Program-made: the position numbers and the translations under genes
The notes under the pieces: generated by a model
What the model saw: the letters and a program-made list of their open reading frames with translations, nothing else
Database searches by the model: none
What the model was told of the DNA's origin: nothing
Shown: piece by piece, positions 49,961-62,542 of the stretch
Layout of the letters: each line of letters opens with the position of its first letter
Position numbering within the stretch: position 1 is the first letter of the stretch
NCBI GenBank assembly: GCA_030390025.1
Contig: CM059432.1
Coordinates: forward strand, 9,176,001-9,240,000
Source: Squalus acanthias
Lineage: Eukaryota
Length of the DNA: 64,000 nucleotides
Reading direction: 5' to 3'

Positions 49961-52353
49961 AGGCCTCAGCAGTGATTTATAAATCTTAACTTCCTGGATT
50001 ACAATGAGATAATGAGAAGCCAGAGGCCAAAAGCATGTCACATGTGTCGGAATACACCAGAAACTAGAAGCGTAGGTTTGTAAGGCTCACAGTCAGTGTA
50101 AACACCTCTTCAAACAAAATTAATATGAAATATTAATGAATTTGCATTACTGAAGTTAAAACCGGTCTGGTTGTAGAACAAATGGAAAATAACTTCAAAA
50201 TGTTCATTGAAAAGGGTAAATAAATGATACTTCTTTTTTAAAAAATATATGAGCAGAGCTTGCTGTAATACTCTGAAACCTGACCAAACTATTACTTTGT
50301 GAGGATGAATTAATACAGGGATGCTGTAAAGGCCCAGCCTCTGTGTGAAGAGCCACATCAATCATGGGGCCTCTGAAGGCTTCTTCGTAATTTTATGAGG
50401 ACTCCTGGAAGTTCTGACGGGGGTAATTACTCATCTGCTCAGAGGTTGGTAGCGGATTGTGGACCAGCATAGTCAGCAGGCTAACTGCAGGACGCAACCA
50501 CATCAGATACCGGGGCCCAGCCTGCTCGTGCGCTGCGATACAAGGATGTCTTGTCCGTGTGCAAGTCCAGCTTGCACAGAATGGATAAGCCCAAAGTGCA
50601 CCTAAATTGGACCTTGGCCTCATTACCATCAAGCCGGTGAGCTGCAGGCACCTAATGGGCGTTCCCAGGCCAGCTCGCCAGGGGGGAAGAGACCTCGAAG
50701 ATCGTGCCGCTGCGTTGCTGGCAACAGGCCCTCAGGTAATTCAATTAAAGGAGACTGAGGGGGTGTGGGTGGGGGGGCGACCGGGAGAGGGGGCTATTGG
50801 GAGAGAGCGCTAAGTAAATGCAAGTCCTTTCTTTTTCATTCTTTTGATTGATTAATAGGCCTAACTTCAAGGAATATTTAGCCCCACAAGTTTGGAGTTT
50901 TTGCTGCTGTGGCTCACTTCAGAGGGAAATCTTCAGAGAGCTTCTGGAAGATTCCAGGAAACTCAAAATGCTGTGCAAAGGGATGTGTGAGAGACATCAT
51001 TTTTTTCTAGAAACCACAAAGGACTGATTAAGGCCCAGAGCCTTAGTAGGAACAAGATGAATCTATCCAACCCTTGGTGAAAATTGTTGTTTTCTAAAGA
51101 AGGAAAACTAAGAAGAAATAAGAAATCATTCAAGGTCCTAAAGTACGACATCGTTCTGCTTGCGTAGAACCGGCGCAGCGATGGCGAATTTAGCGGGGCG
51201 ACGTCCCGTGCCCGATTTGCCTGCCGCGTTCAGGCTGCTGCTGAATTCATCAGGCCATATTTTCACGCGGCCCTGGTGCCCGCCTGAAATGAGGACCCTG
51301 CGCCCGTTTCCGGAAAATCCGTTGGGGCTTGTCTGAGGATGCGCCGCGCGATCTCCGGCTAGTTTCGCAGACTCCGCGGCGACCTCACCAGCGGTCCTTG
51401 AAGGGCGCACGGCAGGTCGGTTTTTCTTAACTTACCTTCACGTGGAGCCAGAAGGAGCAGGAGTGTGGGCCCCTTGACAGCCCGTGCTCGCTCCCTTCCC
51501 GTGGCCTTTCCCTCACCCCCTGGCTACAGGTACATCTTTCCGCCTGGAGGCTGGATTGTTAGAGCCAGTCAATGGTAAGCAGCCTGCCCATCAAAGTCCC
51601 CACCTGCTTTGTCTGCCCTGGCTTCAGCATCTTCTCCAATGCCCACATCGACAAGTGTGTGTCAGCCATGGCTCAGTGGGTAGCAGTCTCACACTATGGT
51701 TACAAAAACAGCTACAAGAGGTCAGCATGTCATTTTTCAATATTTAATCATTTTGCGAGGCAGCGCATTAAGAACTCTCTTTGCTCTTTTCTGCTTACCA
51801 CCCTACGAATGCTCAACTGTGGGCGAGCTTGTGCGCTATTCCACGCGGGGCAAAGCTGTCGTTTTCATCTGTGCTCATGCATGCGTGGCACCTACGCAAC
51901 CTCCCATGCTCCAAGTCTATCAAAGAGCCAAGATGTAGATCGTGGTAGAATTAAAATAGTGATCCGCAAATAGCCAAGTCTAAAGCTCGTAAGCTGATGG
52001 AGCGTCTCTACCTGTGAAGAATGAGCAGGCACTGCAATTATTTACTTTTTGGTTTTAACTGGCTTTAACAGCCCATTTGTAAACACCCTCGTGTGTGCGT
52101 AGTGTTGGGGTGGGAGTGAGGAGTTGCTGTTACAGATGAGCTTCTCTGTAGTTCTTTTATTCAATGTGAAAAAAAACATGTTTTAAAATAGTTTTCTCAC
52201 ACGGATTCAGTTTTCTTTCGACGCTATGTTCGTGGCTCGGTGGGTAGCACTTTCACCTCTGAGTCGGAAGCTTGTGGGTTCAAGTCCCACTCCAGAGACT
52301 TGAGCACAAAAAAAGCTCAGCTGACACTCCAGTGCAGTGCTGAAGCACATGAT

Positions 52354-53806
52354 TGCCTGGATTTTGTGGTGGTGATGACAGTGAAACTGTTAGCGTTCGC
52401 TGCCATTAGTTTCCCACATTACAACAGTGACTCCACTTCAAATAGTACTTCATTGGCTGTGAAGCGCTTTGAGACGTCCGGTGGTCATGAAAGGTGCTAT
52501 ATAAATGCAAGTCTTTCTTTCTTTCTCTGAAAGTGACAGCAACTTCTGGAGTCAGCGCGCGCGCAGATAAACGTGAAAATCCAGAAGTTGCTGTCAGTGG
52601 TTCTACTCTTCTCCACAGGTTGTGGAACTTCCCGGAGCCAACAATCAACTCAAGTCACACTGAAATGTAGTTCCTGACGAAAACGTCCCCTATTACGCTG
52701 GAATATCACTGTTACATAAACCCTAAAAGGTTAAGCCTTGTTGAAAGAGGTGTAACTAGTTTTTTAACGGCATATTGGCTGCTGAACAACCTCTCTGGCC
52801 CCGAAAAGGAGCAAGGATGTTTTACTACAGTTATATAGGGCCTTGGTGAGACCACACTTGGAATACTGTGTGCAGTTTTGCTCTCCTTACCTAAGAAAGG
52901 ATATACTTGCCATAGCGGGAGTGCAGCGAAGGTTCACCAGACTGATTCCTGGGATGGCAGGACTGTTGTATGAGGAGAGATTGGGTCGGCTAGGCCTGTA
53001 TTCACTAGAGTTTAGAAGAATGAGAGGGGATCTCATATAAAATTCTGACCGGGCTAGACAGACTGGATGCAGGGAGGATGTTTCCCCTGGCTGGGGGGTC
53101 TAGAACGAGGGGTCACAGTCTCAGGATACGGGGTAGGACATTTAGGACTGAGATGAGGAGAAATTTCTTCACTCAGAGGGTGGTGAACCTGCGGAATTCT
53201 CTACCACAGAAGGCTGTGGAGGCCAAGTCACTGAATATATTTAAGAAGGAGATAGATAGATTTCTAGACACAAAAGGCATCAAGGGGTATGGGGAGAGAG
53301 CGGGAATATGGTATTGAGATAGAGGATCAGCCATGATCATATTGAATGGCGGAGCAGGCTCGAAGGGCCAAATGGCCGACTCCTGCTCCTATTTTTCTAT
53401 GTTTCTATGAAAAACTAATTCTATATTTGTGGAATGTCAAATTTTTCCATTAATATGTTAAGAATTACACAGTTTTTAATATCATAATTTTTTTAAAGTT
53501 TCTTTATGATATTTCAGCTTCTACCTTAATCCCATGTGTTTGTCCCAATCTTTATTTCGCTCTCTGTAAAATTTATAAAAAGTGAAAGATAATCTGCGCA
53601 TTTTACTTCCCGGTTTGCTGTCTGTGGGAATTCTTCAATGTGATTGGCTGCTCAGCCTGCCTGATGACATCACTGTTGCTGGATTTGCTTGCTTTGGCGT
53701 CGGATTCAAGCTAACGTCGGGAGAGGTGAAATTCAAGCCACCGAGATCGCGGGATCTTTGTGGGCAGCTTTCTTCGAGGTTCGCCGCTGACCGCAAATTT
53801 CGGGCC
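52354..53806. mobile_element. Harbinger-type MITE with nested DeuSINE tail and CR1 (52808..53409)
   Basis: Ends GCCTGGATTTT ... AAATTTCGGGCC; internal 17-bp inverted repeat at 52534..52550 and 52580..52596; CR1 ORFs 52843..53317. Confidence 0.6.
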
Positions 53807-55186
53807 GTTAAGTTAATGTTTCGGGTGTAGATCGAGCAGCTGGTTCAGTCGCCTTTCAGTTATTTATGTCTGCAGAAAAAAAATGAAAGGGAGGAAAGAG
53901 AAAATATTATTTAACTGTTATTAAGCTGCACAGAATCACAAAAATGTCCTTTTAAAGGAATTACAGAGATTATACAAACAGATAAAAGCTACGGCATGAA
54001 TTGGAAACATGCGGCTGTGGTCGATTTTTGACTCCTGACCATCCACTTTTCACTTGCAAATCCGGGGGGGGGGGGCGGGGGAGGAAGAGGGGGCCGTGGG
54101 GGCGTCAAGGCCTGTTCGATGTTAGTTCAAGTGGGCCTATAAATTCCCGAGCAGTCCAAACACCTATTGACAAGAATCTTGTCATGACTTATGAAGTAAT
54201 ACTAGGCGGCCTGCTGGTGGCGCTGTCCAGGGAGAGTATAAATACTCGGGCATGGGCCCAGCTTGCTCAGGACATTCTTTAACAGGAACTGGTGTAAGGA
54301 CACAACTAGACCTCCATGTTGGAAAACAGTTGATTAAAGCTTTGTTTAAAGCTTAGACCAAGTGCCTAGTAGTTTTCTTACATCACCTATTTCAGGCGGA
54401 AAGCTGCTCAAATATGCAGGTCAGCGAGTTACATCGTTTACAATGTCCAGGTGGATGGGCTGGAGCCTCGCTGAGCGCAGGCTCCTGCCTATTTATACCA
54501 GGCAGAGAGCAGCATTACCAGCGGTCCTGAAAGGGACCACTGGTGGTCGTTTCAAAGCAGGCCCAGAAATCCCTAGAAACCCATTCTCGCCACCCGCCCC
54601 GGGGTCAGCTCCACCCCCACCCCCCCAGCCCCCCGCCTCAGACCCGACCCGCCAACTATCTCATTGTGGCCATGGCCGATTTCCCGTCTTCCCACAACCG
54701 GCGAGCTGCAGTCGAGCTCAAGTTCGGCACCCAGCTACATTCAGGGGAAGGTCATGGGAAGGTCGTGGGAAGGTCATAGGAACAGGAGCAGACCATTCCG
54801 TCCCTCGAGCCTGTTCCGCCATTCCAATTAGATCACGGCTGATCTGCATCTTAACCCCATCTCCCCGCCTTGGTTCCATATCCTTTAATACCCTTGCCTA
54901 ACAAAAATCTATCAATCCCAGTTTTGTCATTTTCCACTGACTCCCAGCCTCAGTGGCTTTTTGGGGAGAGAGTTCCAGATTTCCATAAGCCTTTGTGTGA
55001 AGATGTGCTTCCTGACATCAATCCTGAACGGCCGAGCTCTAATTTTAAGGTTACACCCCCTTGTTCTGGACTCGCCCCCACCAGAGGAAATAGTTTCTCT
55101 CTGTCTACCTTCACATATCCTTTAATTATCTTAAACACCTCAATGAGATCACCCCGTATGAGGGTACATCCTTGAGATCCTTAATA

Positions 55187-55541
55187 CAGGAAACTCTTTC
55201 GTATCCGGCACCGACGGGACCGGGATGGTGCCGGTTGATTAAAAATTCCGGATAACGGAGAGGTGTGTCTACCGAGGCTATTTTTAACAAACAAAAATAA
55301 AAAAATCAAGAAATGTGCAGTATAATTGGGTACTCACCTACAGAATGTTGTGTTAAATGGATGGTGGAAGATGTTTGATTAAGTACAGTAATGCCAGTTG
55401 AGGGTAATCCATAACTCTTTAATTACTTAACAGTAAAACAAAACTTATAAACGACTGTATACTGTAGTTTTCGGAGTATGAATTCTGCCGGTTATTGGAG
55501 AGTTCCGGATATTTAGGTGCCGTTTAAACGAGAGTTTCCTG
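55187..55541 (+). mobile_element. Tc1/mariner-pogo (Tigger-like) MITE, copy 1
   Basis: TA|CAGGAAACTCT ... AGAGTTTCCTG|TA. Confidence 0.85.
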
Positions 55542-56281
55542 TAGTCTGCCTCTTTTAAATGAACTTAAATCCAGCACCAGAGGAAATAGCTTCTCCCTAT
55601 CCACCCTATCCAATTCGAATGAGGCCTGAACGTGACGATGGTTTGGGACTCCTGACGCTCGCTTTGGGCGGGCGGTCTGACCTCTCGAACAAGTTTATAC
55701 CCCTTTTGGGCAGAAGTCAAAAATTCCATCCCCCCCGCCCCCCCTCCCACACCTCCACTGTCTGCTGTTTGTGAAGAAGCTCATATTCCTCCATTAGTAG
55801 AAAGACAATTTATTTTCTTAAAGCCTAGATTGCAGTTGAAGCTTGAGACTGGATAAACTGTAGTTTTATTTTCCTTTAAGGGCTGGATGTTTGGCGTCTG
55901 ATTACTCACCAGCGTGTGCTGATTATAATGGCTAGCGTTGTGTTCTGTTATGATTATGATTATGATTATGATGGATTCGATTCCTGAGGTACGAGGGCCC
56001 AGCAGTGTGTCACTTCCCGCTTCCCTCATCCCACGGCAGAATACCGGGCTGCCCATTCCGTCTCCCACGCAGGGCTTCACCAGGGAAACCTGATAGCTCA
56101 ATGTCAGAGGGAGCAGAGGAACTCAGCAAAGAAATAACTTCTTTTCTCCGGCAGCTGTACTTGCCCGACCGAAAAAAATAAATGATTCAATACAGGATGA
56201 GTCAACAGCTCTACGGACTTCTGTTTTTGGAATGCAGAGACGGTTAAGTGAAGGCTATCTTCGAGCGGTGCTTTCCGAATA

Positions 56282-56617
56282 CAGGAAACTCTCGTTTAAA
56301 CGGTACCTAAATATCCGGAATTCTCGATTAACCGGCAAAATTCATACCCCGAAAACAACACCTCAATAAGCGGAAATGTTGCCGAGTCCGAGTCCGAGTC
56401 TCCCACGGTGGCCGAGTTAGTCAGTGGGGGTAGTTCTCCAAACTGCCACTACTCGGCTTCTTGGCGCTGTCGGAAGTCCGAACAACCTCAATAACAGGAG
56501 TCTGACTCTTTGTTTGTTAAAAATAGCCTCGGTAGACACACCTCTCCGTTATCCGGAATTTTTAATCAACCGGCACCATCCCGGTCCCGTAGGTGCCGGA
56601 TACCAAAGAGTTTCCTC
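56282..56617 (-). mobile_element. Tc1/mariner-pogo (Tigger-like) MITE, copy 2 (inverted, different interior)
   Basis: TA|CAGGAAACTCT ... AGAGTTTCCTC|TA; arms are reverse complements of the copy 1 arms. Confidence 0.85.
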
Positions 56618-57423
56618 TATAATGACAAAACAATAAAAATGGCACGATTTCACAGCTTCATTTTTTTCCCTCATACATCTTGCTTGACAACCATGGGAAA
56701 CAAATGAAGCTGAAAATCAGACGCAGTCTCTCGCGGCGAGAGACACGTGGGGCAGGGGTGGTGTTGACTGTGAAGCTAATCGACAGTTTGAAGACCGCAG
56801 TACCAGCTTATAACAACAACAACAACTTGCATTTCTAAGGCGCCTTGACAACCGTCTCAAGGCACCGCACAGGAGCGTTACCGGACACAAACTGACACTG
56901 AGCCAAAAGAGGTAGGTTTTAAGGAGCGTCTTAAAGGAGGAGAGAGACGCGGAGAGGCGGAGAGGTTTAGGGAGGGAATTCCGGTGCTTGGGGCCCAGGC
57001 AGCTGAAGGCGCGGCCGCCAATGGTGGGGGAGCGACGAAAATCGGGGATGCGCAAGAGGCCAAAACTGGAGGAGCGCAGAGATCTCGGGGGGTTGTCGGG
57101 CTGGAGGAGGTTACAGAGATAAGGAGGGGCGAGGCCATGGAGGGATTTGAAAACAAGGATGAGAATTTTTAAATCAAGACGAGCCAGTGTGGTGTTAAAA
57201 ATAGAATGGCAATTGAATTGATCATTAGAAGACAACCATTGAAAGAAAGTCTTTGATTTGATACATGTTTCTAATTATACTTTATAATGCACAGCATTTT
57301 TCATGTAGATGCTGTCTGAAGGAAAATAAGTGCCGATTTGGAAACCAGAATACATTTTTCAGTTCTCCTCTTGCCTTAACTCTTGTGCCCGGAGATTCAC
57401 CACATGAAGGACACCTCCTCTAA

Positions 57424-59386
57424 TCAACCCTCTAAAGTACGCGTAGTGCCAGTCTCTGAGCTGGTGCTTGCTATGGTCAGATCAAGCGACAGTGCATCTT
57501 CAGGAAGGTTGGCCTTCTCTTGCTGTACTGGCTCAAGGGGCTTCCACCTCTTCAGCAGCTGAAATGCAAGAGAGGTACACGAGTTAGCTTGTGGTGTGAA
57601 AGGAGAGTAGCGAAAGAGAGAGAGAGAGAGAGAGAGAGAAGTGGATGGTAAAGCATCTGGAGTTAATAACATAAGAAATAAGAGCAGGAGTCGGCCAAAC
57701 GGCCCCTCGAGTCTGCTCCGCCATTCAATAAGATCATGCTGATCATCGACCTCAACTCCACTTTCCTGCCTGATCTCCATGTCCCTTGATTCCCCTAGAA
57801 TCCAAACATCTATCTATCTCAGCCTTGAATATACTCAAAGACTCAGCATTCACAGCCCTCTGGGGCAGAGAATTCCAAAGATTCACAACCCTCTGAGTGA
57901 AGAAATTCCTCCTCATCTCAGTCTTAAATGGCCTACCCTTTATCCTGAGACTATGCCCCCTAGTTCTAGACACACCAGCCAGGGGAAACAACCTCTCAGC
58001 ATCTACCCTGTCAATCCCCCTCTGAATCTTGCATGTTTCAATGAGATCACCTCTCATTCTTCTAAACTCCAGGGAGTTCAGGTTCATTCTACACAATCTC
58101 TCATCATAGGACAGTCCTCTCATCCCAGGAATCAATCTAGTGAACCTTTGTTGCACCGCCTCCAAGGCAAGTATATCCTTCCTTAGATAAGGAGACCAAA
58201 ACTGTGCACAGTACTCCAAGTGTGGTCTCGCCAAGGCCCTGTACAATTGTAGCAAGACCTCCTTACTCTTATACTCCAACCCCCTTGCAATAAAGGCTAG
58301 CATGCCATTTGCCTTCCTATTGATTGCTGTACCTGCATGCTAGCTTTCTGTGTTTCTTGCACAAGGACACCCAAATCTCTCTGAGTCTGTCATGCAGTGT
58401 GTGTAGGGCGAGAGTGAAGCGAGAAGGGAAAAATAGGGTAAGGTGATAAAACGCTGCACAGTTCTCCTCCAGTGTTTCCAATCGCCATGGCAATGACTCT
58501 GCCCCTCGCCCGTGGTGGCCAGCCTGCTTACTTCGAGGTGGGAGAGGGTGTGTAGGCAGGCTCGGCCTCCTCCGGTGCCAGCCTGCTGGACGGAGTTCTG
58601 TGTGTTAATGAGAGTCCTGTGAGGTTTTAAAGAATGTGCCAACCATGGTAGAGTGGCTAGTAGTCAGTGTGCCCAATGTGAGGTGTGGGTAAGTGAGGGT
58701 CGGAATAGTGATGACTGTGAGGAGAAGGAGGTGTAGAGACGTGTGGTGCAGTGTTTATAGGAGAACGAAGGGAAGCGGGAGGAAGGGGAGTGTTGTGAGT
58801 AATTGTGAGTAGTGAGGCTTTAGGTGGTGGCGGTGTGAGCAGAGAGTAAACGAGCAGTATCATTACCTTGACAACTCTGGTGAGGTCATTGAACTTTTTC
58901 CAGCATTGCAGCCAAATCCTGGGTGCTAAACGTCTGGCATTGACATGCTCTGTGAGCCCTTCCCACTGTCTCCTGAGTTGATACCAGGAAGGATTCCTTC
59001 CCCCTTGGGCGGGAAGGGGAAGTCTCTCCTCCTGTCCACTCCCTGCACCAGGGCCTCCAAGGCAACATCAAAGAAACTTGGTGCTCTCTCGGCGCTTGTT
59101 ACAGCCACTTTAGTTCCTTTCGTTCAGCAGCCAGAGTGCACCTCCCCTTTAAGAGGTGCTGGCTGCCTTTAAGTGGCATCAGAGACGGCTGATATCCGGA
59201 CCCTCAACCTCCCCCCCCTTGACAGGCGTGCAGCCAACGAGTAGTGCAAGTGGTACTGGCTACCCACCTGCGTGAATAAAATGAGTGGGCGGCACGAATA
59301 TTGCGCGCTGTCTGAAGCGACATTAACAGGCGTGTGCGGTGAGCATCAAGCCGCTCGTTTTTTGGACACAGTCGAATTTTTTAGCC
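57424..59386 (-). pseudogene. Spliced Harbinger Myb/SANT-like DNA-binding gene remnant with one element end
   Basis: ERAPSFFDVALEALVQGVDRRRD, then after a frameshift LRRQWEGLTEHVNARRLAPRIWLQCWKKFNDLTRVVK|gtaatg (exon ends 58867). GTGGGRACLHTLSHLE at ~58520..58590. EDALSLDLTIASTSSETG after tttcag at ~57558. Terminus-like CGAATTTTTTAGCC at ~59373..59386. CR1 inserted at 57669..58385. Confidence 0.75.
57669..58385 (-). mobile_element. CR1 LINE 3' fragment
   Basis: ORF 57752..58303. Confidence 0.9.
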
Positions 59387-60165
59387 AAATATTGTTTGAA
59401 GCGGAGACTTTTCTTCATTGTACAGGAGGACCTCGCCAGACTCAAAAACTGCAGGGAAGATTTCCCTGTGCCCTTGTGAGGACTGGGAAATATTTATGAA
59501 CTCTCCCCTGAGCTGCGGATGAATCTCAGGGAAGGGCTCATAAGGCAGACTCATCTCGTGATGTTCTTTGTCTCATCATTTTCTGCTCCATCAAAGACAG
59601 ATGTAGAAAGATGTGAAATTGTCTATCTTCAGGTCAGGCACTCGTGAAGCTACCTGCTCACACATTTGTCTAAATGTAGTAGCCAGTCTGCTCTCTGTGT
59701 GTATTGGTGGATATTATTGTCTCTCACGAACGTTATCAGTTTGCTAAAGCTGGCTGGTGGAGAGTCAATCACAGCCTTTTATTCATTTAATTACTAGTTC
59801 ACGCTGCACTGGTGAAGCCTAAGACGAGCATGCACAGCGTGATCTCAGTGGTAGTATATAGCAAACCAAGGGACATTGATGTGATAAATTTATTAATAAG
59901 TTATAAATAATTTCGTCTGGAGTGAAGTGCAAAGCAGACGGAATAAAAATTGATTACTGGACAGGAACACAATGCAAAGAATTTATTCAATATAAAGTAG
60001 ACAAGCACAAAATACATTAAAGAAAGTCTTGCAATTATATCGCGCCCTTCACGACCTCAGGACGTCTCAAAGCGCTTTTACAGCCAGTGAAGTACTTTTG
60101 AAATGTTGTACTGTAGGAAGCGCGGCAGCCAATTTGTGCACAGCAAGGTCCCACAAACAGCAATG

Positions 60166-61682
60166 ACGATCATTTTCCAACATTCCTTAGACTCTGGATC
60201 AGTTCCGATGGAGTGGAGGGTGGCCAATGTAACCCCTCTTTTTAAAAAAGGAGGGAGGGAGAAAGCAGGGAATTATAGACCGGTCAGCCTGACATCGGTC
60301 GTGGGTAAAATGATGGAAGCAATTATTAAAGATGTCATAACAGACCATTTGGAAAGTGGCGACATGATAGGTCCAAGTCAGCATGGATTTGTGAAAGGGA
60401 AATCATGCTTGACAAATCTTCTGGAATTTTTTGAGGATGTTTCCAATAGGGTGGACAGGGGGGAACCAGTAGATGTGGTGTATTTGGACTTTCAGAAGGC
60501 CTTCGACAAGGTCCCACACAAGAGATTGGTGAGCAAAGTTAAAGCACATGGGATTGGGGGTAATGTGTTGACGTGGATTGAGAACTGGTTGGCACACAGG
60601 AAACAAAGAGTAGGAGTAAATGGGTACTTTTCAGAATGGCAGGCAGTGACCAGCGGGGTACCGCAGGATTTGGTGCTGGGACCCCAGCTGTTTACATTAT
60701 ATATTAATGATTTGGACGAAGGGATTAAATGTAATATCTCCAAATTTGCGGATGACACTAAATTGGGAGGCAGTGTGAACAATGAGGAGGATGCTAGGAG
60801 GCTACAGAGTGACTTGGACAGGTTGGGTGAATGGGCAAATGTATGGCAGATGAAGTACAATGTGGATAAATGTGAGGTTATCCACTTTGGTGGTAAAAAT
60901 AGAGAGGCGGACTATTACCTGAATGGTGGCAGATTAGGGAAAGGGGACGTGCAACGAGACCTGGGCGTCATGGTACATCAGTCACTGAAGGTGGGAATGC
61001 AAGTGCAGCAGGCAGTCAAGAAAGCAAACGGAATGATGGCCTTCATAGCAAGGGGATTTGAGTACAGGAGTAGGGAGGTGATGCTACAGTTGTACAGGGC
61101 CTTGGTGAGGCCACACCTGGAGTATTGTGCGCAGTTTTGGTCTCCTAACTTAAGGAAGGACATTCTTGCTATTGAGGGAGTGCAGCGAAGGTTCACTAGA
61201 TTGATTCCTGGGATGGCCGGACTGACATATCAAGAAAGATTGGGTCAACTGAACTTGTATCCTCTGGAGTTCAGAAGAATGAGGGGGGATCTTATAGAGA
61301 CATTTAAAATCCTGACTGGTTTAGACAAATTAGATGCGGGCAGAATGTTCCCAATGGTAGGGAAAACTAGAACCAGGGGTCACAGTCTAAGGATTAAGGG
61401 GAAGCCATTTAGGACTGAGCTGAGGAGGAACTTCTTCACCCAGAGAGTGGTGAATCTATGGAATTCTCTTCCACAGAAGGTTGTTGAGGCCAGTTCGCTA
61501 AATATATTCAAAAGGGAGTTAGATATAACACTCACAACTAAGGGGATCAAGGGGTATGGCGAGAAAGCAGGAATGGGGTACTGAGGTAGCATGTTCAGCC
61601 ATGAACGCATTGAATGGCGGTGCAGGCTCGAAGGACCGAATGGTCTACTCCTGTACCTATTTTCTATGTTTCTATGTTTCTA
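60166..61682 (+). mobile_element. 5'-truncated CR1 with uninterrupted RT ORF, inserted in a DeuSINE
   Basis: ORF to 61584: NYRPVSLTS, QHGFVKGKSCLTNL, GVPQDLVLGP, FADD; (TTTCTATG)n tail. SINE halves at 60020..60165 and 61683..61965. Confidence 0.95.
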
Positions 61683-61920
61683 TAATCTGTCTCCAGTGAT
61701 GTTGGGTAAGGGACAAACACTGGCCAGGACACTCGGGGAGAACTCCCCCTGCTCTTTTTTGAAATAGTGCCATGGGTTCCCCCACATACACCTGAGAGGG
61801 CAGACAGGGACCTCGGTTTAACGTCTAATCTGAAAGACAGTGCAGCACTCCCTCAGTACTGCACTGGAGTGTCGGCCTGGATTATGCGCTCAAATCTCTG
61901 GAGTGGGACTCTGAACCCAC

Positions 61921-61962
<42 letters not shown>

Positions 61963-62542
61963 GACTTGTATTGTACTCGGGTCCGGTATAAATTGCACAG
62001 GAGTCAAAGGTGTTGAAATTCGACTTTCATAACTGGTCAATCGAATGAAAATCGGGCGGGGTGTAAAACAGAGTCCCAATTCGCTATCGCCCGTTTTGCG
62101 CAACAGCCAGAGTCGAATTTCACCCTCAATGTTTCAGGGAATACAAGATAAAGCGGAATGGGTCGGTCACCAAACCTTTGGGACAGGAGCTCCAACGTGT
62201 GATTAAAACTTCGAAAATGGACATGCTCCTTCATTGGGGTGAAATCATTCTTACACCAGTTAAAAACAAATCTTTAATTGTTAAGAGAAATGTTTAATTA
62301 CGACCACTGATCACACCCGGAGGATATTCTAGCATGATAGAGCACCTTGAGACATATTCAGCTGAAGGACGTTAAGACTTTGGAGAGGCTACAGAAGCGA
62401 TTTACTGGAATGGTTCCAGGGATGAGGGAATACAGTTACGTGGCTAGACTAGAGAAGCTGGGGTTGTTCTCCTTGGAGCAGAGACGGCCAAGAGGAGATT
62501 TGATCGAGGTGTTTAAAATCATGAAGGGTTTAGATAGAGTAA

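Noticed and set aside
50480..50560. LRYKDV motif suggestive of an ancient RTE fragment
   Set aside because: Too short and degenerate to support.
51875..51907. Minus-strand MGGCVGATHA resembling a myristoylated N-terminus (UBTD2-like MGGCVG)
   Set aside because: It stops after 10 codons and no downstream matching exons were seen.
60103..61584. 493-aa RT ORF as an active autonomous LINE
   Set aside because: 5'-truncated with no endonuclease, start codon borrowed from SINE sequence, and the PQG motif is altered to PQD.
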